From assembly GCA_000002445.1 (NCBI GenBank), contig AL929603.2, forward strand, positions 640,001-704,000: a stretch of 64,000 nt of DNA. Reading direction: 5' to 3'. The stretch comes from Trypanosoma brucei. Lineage: Eukaryota. The translations under genes and the position numbers were made by a program. The first letter of the stretch is position 1. Each line of letters starts with the position of its first letter. The notes beneath the pieces are model-generated. The model searched no databases, was not told the origin of the DNA, and worked only from the letters and a program-made list of their open reading frames with translations. Below are positions 11,239 to 21,800 of the stretch, piece by piece.

Positions 11239-14200
11239 CGTCAGCTTTTATGACCAATGCTTAGCTAACATTCACGAGCCACACACAAAACAACACGAAA
11301 AACAAAGAGGTGAGAAGATATGTTGAGGAATCAAATAATAAAAGAAACGCACACACGAACCACAGGGCACCAACGTTTCAACAACACCGTGCCTCAGCAT
11401 AACTATGGCACACCAAAACCTCGCACACACAAATACACAAACACGTACTTGCGCATCGGGACATCAACCAACTCTGCGAAGTTAACATTAGAGTCGATTT
11501 CCACAGCCCCTTCCTGTCTCCAGAGGGTCCTTACAGCAACCATGACTAAACGACAAAGCGTCCCTCCACAGATATAGGGAAAATTAGGTAAATATCTGCA
11601 GTAGTCCATTTATAGCACGTTCATTCTTCACATGTCAGTTAGTGGGGGAAAGGTAACATGTACGTGACGGCCGGTCCTATTATCAAGAAGTAATAGAAAA
11701 GGCACTACATACGCGTAGCCACACAACTCATGATGTGAGGATATGCAACAACACTATGATTAGCAAAAATGATACAGGCATTCGCGAACTGACTCTTATG
11801 CCACGAAACGCCCATACACACCGAAACTGCAGGAGACATTCTGTTGCTGCTAGCCCCACGGTGGATGATGGGCCATCTCACACTCCCACAACTGTGCCTT
11901 GATGTACAACACAGTCTTGCCAGCTAATTTCATTGATCTTTATAGGGGATAGAGGACTGTTTTTCGGTATGAATACTAATGTTATGATATCTTCGAGTTT
12001 GTTATCTGAATAATCTATGATCTCATTTCCTGTTGCGGAATAGGAAAGTACCAACCAACGCCATAATGTACCTACGCATTACAAGAATTTATTCCATGTT
12101 TAACTTCAGTGTCGTTCTCGGGCGCACTTAAGCATTCTTGCCGTTGCCGAGTATTCGCCAAATGTAATGTGTTTGAAGTGCCTTCTCTCCCCCCTCTTAA
12201 GCTCCTTACTAGTACATGTTTTGTGGCTTTGACTGTGATGTGATTCATGGGGGGCTGTTCTTCAATTCTGTTCAGTTTCTGGTGGCATGCAGGTGTTTTT
12301 CCAGGTATGTATTGCTTATCACCTCAGTTGCTCCTACCAATGGAACGCAAATGTGCGTTGCCTTTCAGTGTTATAGATGTGTCTGTCAGATTGCATGACA
12401 CGTATGTGCTACTTTATGAACATCTCCTTTTGAAATCCGTTGGCTCCAGCACCGCTATCACCACGTCTCTTTGTAAAATGCATCATGTAGGCTCCATCCA
12501 CATGACCTCCATTGTTCACTTCCCCACCACCACCCAACCCCCTCCCTTCACCTTTGGATGTCACCGTCCCCTATTGGTTAATGGATGCATCCGTCAGTAG
12601 TGGTTTTGTGACTGCCAGAGTTGGGGTGGTTTGACGGGGGTACTCTTCATTGCATCAATCCACTTTCAGCCAACCATCGATTTGTGAGGAGGTGATTCCG
12701 CTGGATCTTTGTCCTTTCATGCACTGCGCTGAAGTTGTGAGAACTGCTGAAGCATCATCCTCAAAAAAGAAGTGGCATGTAAAAGCTGATCCCGATCGCG
12801 CACCTGCGCTGCAGATCTCGACCGACGTGAAGCTACCTAATTCTTTCACCGTGGGCCTTCCAAGGGGTGTCGATCCACTGAGCGTTCCTGCCTTTTTTTT
12901 TTCTTCCACTCAAAGGAACTGGACCTCTTGTGGTTAAACAGCTCCAGGAGAAGTCACAGCCCTTTATCAGTGTCGTTTTATTCCACCACCCCCCCCCTCC
13001 CTCCCCTGCTGCTGCGCCCTGTCGCACATCTTCCTGCTACAGTATTTACCCCCACTGCTACCCACTCTTTTTTTTTCAGCCTGTCCAAAAAGCCGTCGTG
13101 AGTCCAAACGCGTATTTTTAGCTAAGTCGGTAATGTACGCCACGTTTTCAGCGCCCCAGAGTTGTCTGCCAGTCCTCTCTATTGCGTGCGAAATGTCTGG
13201 ACCGTATTGACAGTACAGCGGGAGCTGAGAGATCTCCACAGACCACCCCGTCTCCGTCCGATATCGAAAGTCCGTGTATGTACCACCCGGCAAACCCACC
13301 TAGAAAAAAAAAAAGAAGGCCCGCAAACAAAAGATGGTAACTACCTCGTCATGCAGCGCAAATTGCGCCCCGGCGAAACAGTCTCCTCGTAGTCCTCCTG
13401 GCATATTTTTTTTCTGTTTGGGTAATGAACAGCCTTCTTCGTAGCAACCTTTTTTCCTCACGCTATTGTAAAAGGAGCTAATGGTAAAAGAAAACTACCC
13501 ATTATGCAGCGGTTGAGGCCGATACTTCCGTAACCACCCGCGTCGTTTCCTTTCGCATTTCATCCGCTTCGGAATTCGTGAACAGGGCTCCTGTCCCTAA
13601 CTCCAGCCCACTCAAGTGACAATATGTTAACGTCCCCTTGTTGCGGTACCATTCGCTACAGCTCCTCTTGAGCAGCTATCTCTCACGATGAGTGCTTCGA
13701 AGAATGCCGCTGCTGCTCTGAAGAGACGGCCCTGTCTGATCACATGTTACTTCCCAGGATTCCCCATAAAGTAGTTAATTCTTCTTTCCCTCTCTAGAGG
13801 AGCGTCTCCAACAAAAACGCCTCATTTAACAGATCGAACTAAGCCCTTAGTTGTTTGTGTCTCGGTGGGGGAACTCTATTAGGTCCTTATGTTTTTCTAG
13901 GGAACTAATTTCGATAATTTTTCGGAGTGCTCCCCAACCGATGTTGATTCTTTCCCTCACCCGATGTTGGCAAGCCAATTTTTTTCTTTCCAAACGGCGT
14001 TATCCCGCCCCATTGGCCACCCCCAACCCACACCAGCTACGGTACAATGTACTCTTTTCCGTTGTCAGAGTTTTGCCTATAAGTTTGAGTTACCACCTCT
14101 CTACAGGACATGCTTGTCCCCATCGATTGATGTTTCCGCCTAAAGACCTGCAAGAAACATCTATCCCGGTGTTCTACGTGGATCCAGTAACGCTAACAGG

Positions 14201-15599
14201 GTCACTGTGTTATGAACTGAACCGTTTTCAGTCAGTTACAGGGCTATAACGAATAAGGGAGCATTCCCCCGCCTATATCCCTAAGTTGTGCTTCCCAGTA
14301 AATCTACCGAGTTGCTTCGTTGCGAGTATTCTTTGTTTCCAAGCTTACTGTGCTCACATCGTCTTCTTCTTTGTTTTTATGATTAGCCTTTCAAAGCCCA
14401 GGAAGCTATGGACAGGACGTGACTTAAGGTCGGAACTGGAATCACCTCGAACACAGACCTTTGAAGGGGCAAGAGCCTGTAGTGGTCCGAATAACATCTA
14501 TCCATGACCTGTAGTGCTTTGTCTTAACTTTTGAGAGTTCGCTTCCCCAGACATAAACACTTTTTTTGGATTAGATTTCTTTTTAAACTGTTTCATGTCC
14601 GACCTCCGGATGTTTCCACTCGTGCTTCGCCCTCGGGTGCTGAATCCCAATATTTCCCTTTCCCCGGGTCTCAAAGTTTCTGGGGCAGGTAGTTGGTTTC
14701 CCTCTTTGTCACTTGGTCCTTCGGACCACTCGAGTAGCATGTTGATCTGTTACGCACAGCGCAGGAGCATCGGTAACACCGTGCAGTGCTCGAAGGAAGT
14801 TGCGAATTTTTCTTTTTATATTCGCTTTTTGAATTGCCTGGTGACTGGAGTCATCTTCCTTTACTTGGACCCCATACTGCTATTTCCAAATTCTCAATTC
14901 CCTGTCCGTGGGCTTGCCCTCGCCACCTACATGGCTCAGAAGTACTCATGCAGCGTGCCTTCCAGTCAAGCATGTTCTTACAGGAAACATCCTCTGGCCA
15001 AGTTGCTCTTCTCCATAGCAGAGAAGTGTGGCACGTTTTTCCCAGTTCAAATTCCCCCTTGATAGATGATGAAAACACCACACTACAGGGCGCCAGCGGT
15101 TTTTCGGATGACATTGTTAGTATGTACCCCATCGTCCCTTCACATGAGTGGATACTTTCCTCTCGCCCTGAAACCACTTTCAATCAGTTTTTCATACGCG
15201 CACACACACCAAAACCATACCTGCCGAAGACGTCGACGAGAGGCAGGGCCGCGTCGGTTTGGCAGCTGGTGCTGGGGCGGACCTGGCATCTTGGATAGCG
15301 GGACAGTCTCGCCACGGTGCGGATCGTCAGTTTTGTTGATCTTCCAGTTGTGTTTACAAAGTGGGGGTCGCACCCGCAGTTCGTCCACGAAAGACACAGC
15401 CCTAGTCGGAAAACTCGGAAACCGTGTCCGTTTCACCTTCGCTTCTTAGAGTCATTGCACAAGCCGGGCGACGAGTCGGTAAGTTACAGTTTTCGAGCAT
15501 TTGCCCTTGCGCAACCTGGTTTGATGGGGAGGTTTCATTTCCTCTCTCTTTTTTTTTTCTTTATTTGGAAGGAGGAGGATTATGTGCGAACGTGAGCCC

Positions 15600-15900
15600 A
15601 CGTATGCTCGCCTCCCGTTATGGCCCGTCAACGAGGCGAAAAATGGTCGGCGTGTCAACCGTTTTGCATTGCAGGCGCCCGCGCGCGAGTCTCCGCTGTA
15701 GTTGTTGTTATTGTTTTTGCAGAGTTCTACTCGCGCCGTCGTGAGAGTCAGACACCCGCGGCCGTAGCCGCAAGCCGCGACACAAGACACTTTTCGGTCG
15801 CAAAAGTACCGCCGCGCGGGGCAACATGGCGCGAAAAGGCGGAGCCAAGAAATCATGGAGGGTGGCTGCTGCTTAAGCGGCCGCGGTGACTGAAAGGGGT
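15600..15900. other. CpG-rich, palindrome-rich island inside the strand-switch region. It may be a structured ncRNA or another cis element.
   Basis: There is a local run of CG-rich palindromes: gcgcgcgagt...actcgcgccg (an 8-bp stem), cgcggccgtagccgcaagccgcg, gccgcgcgggg...cgcgaaaaggcgg and gcggccgcgg. This contrasts with the AT/pyrimidine-rich intergenic DNA elsewhere in the window. Confidence 0.3.
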
Positions 15901-16523
15901 GTGGTGCAACCGCGCAAATTCGGGGACTAACACCGGGGGTACTCTTGAAGCAAGCTGTTCACCACGGGCAACAACTTGAAGCACGAGTACTCGGACATGA
16001 CGTTGCATGCCGCTGAGCGGAAAGCGTGTGAGTGCCCATTTCACTGTTACCCTTTACCCGGGTATTCTTTCGCGAAGGCTCAAGCCTGCAAACGGTTGCT
16101 GCTTTATCAGCAACCTTGGAGAACCTGAAGGGAAGCTACAGTATGTACTTTGGTGCCGTCATGTGTGCCGCTGATGTTATCCTTCTACTCTCGGTATTTT
16201 GATTGGAGCAGCAGCAGTGAGCCCACATGCGCTAGTTACACGCACATGGAATTAATATGAGCTTACTAAAATAAGTGAGGTGCCCCATCTGCTAACATGT
16301 AAGGGAAATGGGTTTGCACGGACCCCTTATCCCATTCCAGTAGTAGGGGTTAAACCACACGTGTGTGCAGGAACCCGTAACTGCGTTTCCTTTGATAATG
16401 ACCCTATAAAAAGGAATAAGAAGATGGTTTAATGAGTCTAAACTCCTAAATCTGTGTGGGGAAGTGAGCGAATGATGTTAAATTGATACCCGCCTATGAA
16501 CCTGAGCTATCTCGTTGAACTGA

Positions 16524-16564
16524 ATCTCTCCTTTCTGGCATCTGTCTCTGCATCTTGTCATTAG
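16524..16564 (+). promoter_or_regulatory. Polypyrimidine tract plus AG, a putative trans-splice acceptor for the ORF at 16593
   Basis: The sequence tctctcctttctggcatctgtctctgcatcttgtcattAG lies 29 nt upstream of the ATG. Confidence 0.45.
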
Positions 16565-16592
16565 CGCTGTTGGAAACCCCCATACATCAACA

Positions 16593-17333
16593 ATGAAACA
16601 TGTTTCTGAAATGTTCATCCCTGGCATGACATTATCGCACCTTGTTTCTCCCTTGCTCAGCATGCCAACTGCCACGAATCGTTTCTACGCACTTTACGGC
16701 CATTATAGCGTGCGTGAGGGGGATAGTGATGCAACAGAAAGCTCATTGATAGTTGAGGCCGTAGTGAGAGTCGTGTTACCCCTACATGCAGCGCCGCCAG
16801 AGGAGACAAAATTTATAGGTTTTGCTTCCGTGAAAAAGTCCAGTCCACACAAACTCTCATATGAAGAGACAAGGTTGCTTCGAGGGGATACTGAACCCGC
16901 AGAGTCATTCTTGCAAAAAAGTGATCGGTCCTACCCAATGTTGCTGCTTTTAGTGACAACACCTCTCGAGGTCCCTGTAGCAAAGAGTACAAAAAAGGTG
17001 GAATACAGTGTCTTTGAGTGCAAAACAGGCTCAGCGGACTTTTCTGAAAAAGCGATACCCCTTAAGGTAGATAACATGGTCGACTCTTTTTCCGCGTTTG
17101 TCCGGCTCAGCAATTTGGGGAGTCATGCTCTGGTTCGCAAGCAGTCCTCACCACCTACGCAGAGTTCACCCTCAGCGAACGAACTCAGTTTTCAATCCTC
17201 CATTAGCCAGTTAGAAGTGGCGAGTGCTAAAAGGCAGACGCTTCTAAAGCGTTTGGCCGAAGTGGAACGACTCCTTGAGCGTAAACAAACGGGGATGCTG
17301 AGAGCAGATGAACAGAAGCCCAACCGTATTTGA
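16593..17333 (+). CDS. Hypothetical protein, 246 aa, with a C-terminal coiled-coil segment. It may be the first gene of the rightward polycistron.
   Basis: An ORF with an upstream pyrimidine tract plus AG, non-repetitive composition and a C-terminal heptad-like segment (QLEVASAKRQTLLKRLAEVERLLERKQ). I recognise no family. Confidence 0.4.
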   Translation: MKHVSEMFIPGMTLSHLVSPLLSMPTATNRFYALYGHYSVREGDSDATESSLIVEAVVRVVLPLHAAPPEETKFIGFASVKKSSPHKLSYEETRLLRGDTEPAESFLQKSDRSYPMLLLLVTTPLEVPVAKSTKKVEYSVFECKTGSADFSEKAIPLKVDNMVDSFSAFVRLSNLGSHALVRKQSSPPTQSSPSANELSFQSSISQLEVASAKRQTLLKRLAEVERLLERKQTGMLRADEQKPNRI

Positions 17334-17657
17334 GCAAGCATCCCTTGGTGGGTTTTATTTCGTCCGTCACACTGCTGAGCACTGACTTGCACCGTAATTG
17401 TATGTATATTTGTGATCGGAAGTTTTTGTTGTTTTCTTTTTTTTTTTTGCGGAGATTATGAAAGGAGGTTGTAAGGTATCCAACCAATATTTCTTTTATT
17501 GTGAGGGGTTTTGGAGTATATCTTGTTGCTGCTAATGCTAACAGAAAGATTATAATGTCTTCGCAATGCGTAATGGCCTGTGGAACACGTGAGCCGAGTC
17601 ACACGCTTTACTTTTAGCGGCTATTACCATTGGTGAGAGGTCGATGACTACACCCAA

Positions 17658-17659
<2 letters not shown>

Positions 17660-17689
<30 letters not shown>
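17660..17689. repeat. (TA)15 microsatellite
   Basis: A direct read of atatatat... Confidence 0.95.
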
Positions 17690-17691
<2 letters not shown>

Positions 17692-18814
17692 CGTAAGTCT
17701 ACCCTGCTACACCGTATGTCCTGTATGTGTTTGATTTAACAGTTAAAGTTAGCTTTTCCTGACAAGTTGTGCGCACTGGCAACAGCCACATATTCATAAC
17801 GCTTTCGAGTGTGAGGGTGTGATGTTTGGGATGAGCTTCTGATTATGTTCCTATGTAGGAGGGGGCATAAGGATGTGGTGCCTTACCTGCGCGTCCAATA
17901 TTGCCGTGGCATAGTCAAGTAGTACTTTCTTTTAGAGGTGGTTCCGCGTCACGCATGAATTTGGCAGGGCATTGTCTCCGCATTCCCTTCGTCAGCGTCT
18001 CAGATAAGCATTTCAGATTTGTATTTCCTGTGGAATACCACCACCGATGAAGAACATGTCCGAATTGCTATCCAGTCTGTTGTGTTGGCCGCATCACAGC
18101 ATTCGCAGTGTATGACGTTGGAATGCTTTTCGTAAGGAACTGGACGTAAGCCACCTGAACGTAGAACAGTGCACTTGCCTCAACCGGTTTTTTGGTAGTG
18201 GTGCCTCCGTACCCTGGCCACGCAAGAAAAGGAAAAGGCTCACGAACGTCACGTGGTTTTTGTAAAGGTACTGAAGAATAGGAGGCCACATCTAGGCATC
18301 TAAAGTGTCGTAACGTGATGGTCTTTGTCGGGTCGAGTTGGTGAGAAAGTTTGACTGGTGATTTTGGTTCCTTCGTTTTCCACAACGAATGGCATAGATT
18401 GTTTATTGTCGTGGGATATTGTGCCACTCTAACATCAGTCTAACACTGAAGCGTAAACGAAAAGATGGGCTTAAGCGGACTGGTGTGTGTGGTGTCAATT
18501 TAAGTACCGTGCATTCTAGATGGAAAGCTTTCCACCGTGTTTTTTTTTTTAACCACCAACATTAAAGCGGGAAATTATTTTCGTCGGCGTACTATATGTA
18601 CCGAGTCAAACTCAGCCACTTCATGTAGTCGTCCCCCCCCTTTGGTCTGTCACTCTGTTATGGTAACAAGAGGGGTGGCCGAAATAGGTGGTGTCTTCAC
18701 TGCCGTGAACGCAGATTGGAAGTGTTACATCAAAGTTTCCAAGGACTACTTCTGGAGCAAAAAAAAAAGAAGTTTCGCTAAATGACTACAGTATACATGC
18801 TGATATAAATACAT

Positions 18815-21800
18815 ATGCTTTTTGGGGGAAATGGTTCGCATAGCGAAATGCAATGCAGTGACGGGAAAACATGTGAATGTAGCCCTCGACTCACGAAAAA
18901 GTACACTTTTATTCCATTATGTTCAAGTCGTTTTACCATGTTGTTGTCCATCCCGGTAAGAAGTGGGTGCGAAGCAAACAGTTTAACGGTAACAAGGGAT
19001 AGAAAACATGGAACAAGTAATTGCGCTCCTCCATCAGTTGAGGTGTCACCCTGCGCATCTTCGTTTCTGGTAGGTGACGCCGCACAAATTGTTGTTTGCC
19101 TCCTGAAGTCACCGAGCGTGTACCAAATCTGTGGAACCGTTTTGTTCCGTCAACATCGAGTTGGCTCACTCGCGTGTTGCTTTGTGGAACCTGAGGGCCG
19201 GTGGGGCGACTTTGGTTGTTCAGCAGTGACAACTCTCACATCGAATGAATCTAAGAACATACACATCGGCGAGGGGAGCGATATAGTGTACTTTTCTTTT
19301 ATGTCCTCGACTGAGGTGATGGCAGTATCGTACGGGGCTTGCGTTGGGTACATGCAACTGAGCGCTGACAAACACATTATAAAAGGGAAGAGCATGCAAT
19401 TGGACGGCTTGTCAAACGTATCTTGTGCCTGTTTGGTCAATGAGCTGTCGTTATTGGTGGTACTGACCGAGAGGTATGTATGTGGAGTGGTGGATATTCG
19501 CAGCGGTTGTATTCTGGAGGTTGTATGCGACAGCATGCCGGTTAAATTAGGCATCCCGTCATCGTGCGTCCTGCTACAGCTAGGAGATAGTGGCACAATT
19601 GATATCATGGTGAACTTCCCCTCAAGTGTAGAACCACATATACTCACTTTGCGGAGAAAACAATGTGAACCCCCCTCCGCTGACGCGCAAAAGCGTGTCA
19701 AAGCCAAGCATAATTCTCACCTCAAGGATCTAACAGGTGGGCTGTGCACCAAGCGTTGCGAAGATTTTTCCCTTGTGGCATCCGTTGGGTGGGAAATGGT
19801 GAAGTTTCTAGTCATGCAAAAGGGGAAATTGCGGGGCCTCGCTAATTTTGAAAACGAAACTGGTACGCCCTTTTTCTCTGGATTTTGGGCCGGTGATCAT
19901 TTTGTTGCTATCCGTGCCGATGGTTTGGTTGTATTCCTGTCGGTTGAGTTGCACCAGGGGCACTTCGATAAGCTTGAGATTTCCACGTTGGGAAGCATGG
20001 ACCTCATATCTTGCAGCGCTGCACTCTTGTACGAACAGTCCGATCGCTTCTTTGTTTTAGCGGTGAAAAACATGGAGGCACTATGGAACAACGCATCTGA
20101 TGCAGTCTGCATATCGGATAGCAACAACGCAAGACGTATGCTCAAGTGTCATACCGCCCCTGTATGCCCGACGGGCACCGTATTGGTTGACACGGTGTTC
20201 TTTCGTGATGGAATTGCTCTGCTCACCGTCGAGTCTTCCGGAGACTGCTCAGCGACATTTTTAACTGCGTCGGGAGCCCCATCACTGCTATTGGCGAGGG
20301 AAAAAAATCCAGAAGATATTGCCAGTTGCCTGTTGTACGACCAAAGAGAAACAATTTTCGTCACGGGGCACCAAGACGGAACACTGCATGTTTGGATTAC
20401 GGTACAACTTAGACACATCGTTCATACAGGACACGCAGGGCCGGTGGACAAGGTAGTGTTACTACCCGAAGGCGGAAAACGGTGTAGTTACGGCTTCATA
20501 TCCGTCTGTACGCAACGTGGGAGCGTGGTAGTGCATCACGCCGAGACATTTGAATGTGTATGCGTGGTGCAGGCGCCAAGTGCCCCACTTACCAGTCTAC
20601 TGTGGGATCCGTCGAGTGAGTGCATGATTGCAATCAGTGGAACTCTCGGAAACCTTTGGCACGCACCCACACATTGTATTCGGTTCGCTTTTCACACTTC
20701 GTTGTGCACTGCTGAGGGCCTAAAACGACCGGATCTACTGCGGTATCCATACAGGAGTGAAGACGTGGAGGTAGATAAAATCTCCGTGTGTGGAAGAACT
20801 TATCTTTCCATCCGTGTAGATGTGGCGTCCCTTCTCGACGCACTGAGTCAGCGCGGTGCGGGTGAATTAAGACCAAGTAGCCGGATCGTGCTGTCTCTTT
20901 TATTTTCTCGACTCAGTCAAGTTATAAAGCAGTTAAGGGAGTTTGCTGGGTCTACGAATACCTCGAAGGATGGTCATGAGTTTTTTAGTCCAGTCAATGG
21001 GGTTCAGTCTGGCACGTATACATTAGCTACTTCCATTGCGTGCAAATTACTTAGCGGCTCGCGGGGATCCGCGGATCTTGAGAAGGTGATATACGGAAAG
21101 GAACTTTGTGACTCGCTTTTGAACTCAGGTTGTATTGCGGAGGTGCCGACACCCGAAGACATTATTATCCAAGCGTTTCCGCTTCTGTTAAAACTGACAG
21201 AAGTAGCACGAAAGGCAGTCCGTCAGTCCATCAGGGCAGCAATGGCTTTGCTTCCAACACAGAGGTTAAACGACCTGGTGAAAAATCTCCTCAACAGTGC
21301 CTCCAGCGACTCATCGATACGTCGTTGGTTTGGGGTGTCATATTCAACTTCAAACGTTGATGTGTGGTGCTATAGCCTGTTGATTCAGCTGACCATTGCT
21401 AGTGAGGCACCAGCAGCTGAATGTGCGGACGCAGTGTCTTCTGTGGTACAAAGCCTTCGTACGGAAACGCCGTGCTTTGCGAAGGTGCTCGTAGCCGAAG
21501 GCGAAACTCAACGCCTTCTATTTTTTTTACTCGTTCTTAGAGACTACTACGCGTACATGGCCGGAAACCTACTAACCGACTTACAACCCGTGGCTGACGC
21601 CGTGGCGACACTGGCATTCGAAGCAGATGGTAATGTTTCTGCGTCAGCAGTGAAAACCCTGCTAGTGATCACCATCACAGAAGGAAGACCTTTCATACAA
21701 GACTACCTAAATAGGTGGTATAGTACCAATGTCCACTGGAGACCCCGCCTACTTGGGTTCTTGGGAAGCCTAATTCAGGTGGCGCCTCTTCAGTCGTACA

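Larger units (their letters stand above)
1..11912. repeat. Tandem gene array, ~3997-bp unit, ~2.98 copies (units approx 1-3995, 3996-7992, 7993-11912). Each unit has one transporter CDS and ~2 kb of spacer. The window starts on a unit boundary, so the array may continue upstream.
   Basis: The first 35 nt of the window (aaactttcgcccgctgattgcccgacctacacc) recur at ~3996 and ~7993. The six-frame ORF tracks are near-identical in all three units at a constant offset. Similarity ends at ~11912, where copy 3 diverges (..gatgtacaacacagtcttgcc) from copies 1 and 2 (..aatgtacaacacggaaagtac). Confidence 0.95.
11913..16592. promoter_or_regulatory. Divergent strand-switch region between the leftward transporter unit and the rightward polycistron. 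It is a candidate RNA polymerase II transcription-initiation zone.
   Basis: All credible genes to the left are on the minus strand and all to the right are on the plus strand. ORFs in this 4.7-kb interval are short and overlapping, and none has a pyrimidine-tract/AG signal placed ahead of it. In trypanosomatids, divergent strand-switch regions are the usual bidirectional transcription start zones (established knowledge). Confidence 0.5.

Noticed and set aside
1-11912. Whether the 4-kb repeats could be a transposon/retroelement (ingi/RIME/SLACS-like) or a CRISPR-like array
   Set aside because: The repeated unit encodes a host membrane transporter with no reverse transcriptase, endonuclease or LTR/poly-A-tail signatures. 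The units abut directly without target-site duplications. CRISPR is not applicable, since the repeat unit is 4 kb, protein-coding and in a eukaryotic context.
15030-15062. The tRNA B-box-like string agttcaaattccc
   Set aside because: No A-box (TRGCNNAGTGG) occurs at the right distance upstream. No acceptor-stem complementarity or cloverleaf could be drawn, so it is most likely a chance match. I could find no canonical GGTTCGANTCC on either strand of 12-18.8 kb.
12247-15856. A scatter of 60-170-aa ORFs in the strand-switch region (12247-12600+, 12650-12937+, 12967-13299-, 13851-14249+, 14595-15062+, 14786-15298+, 14851-15183-, 15066-15449+, 15452-15856-, 15620-15889+).
   Set aside because: They overlap each other on both strands and have Ser/Pro/Arg/Cys-rich low-complexity translations. 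No pyrimidine-tract/AG signal precedes them, and several are created by the GC-rich island. I treat the interval as non-coding.
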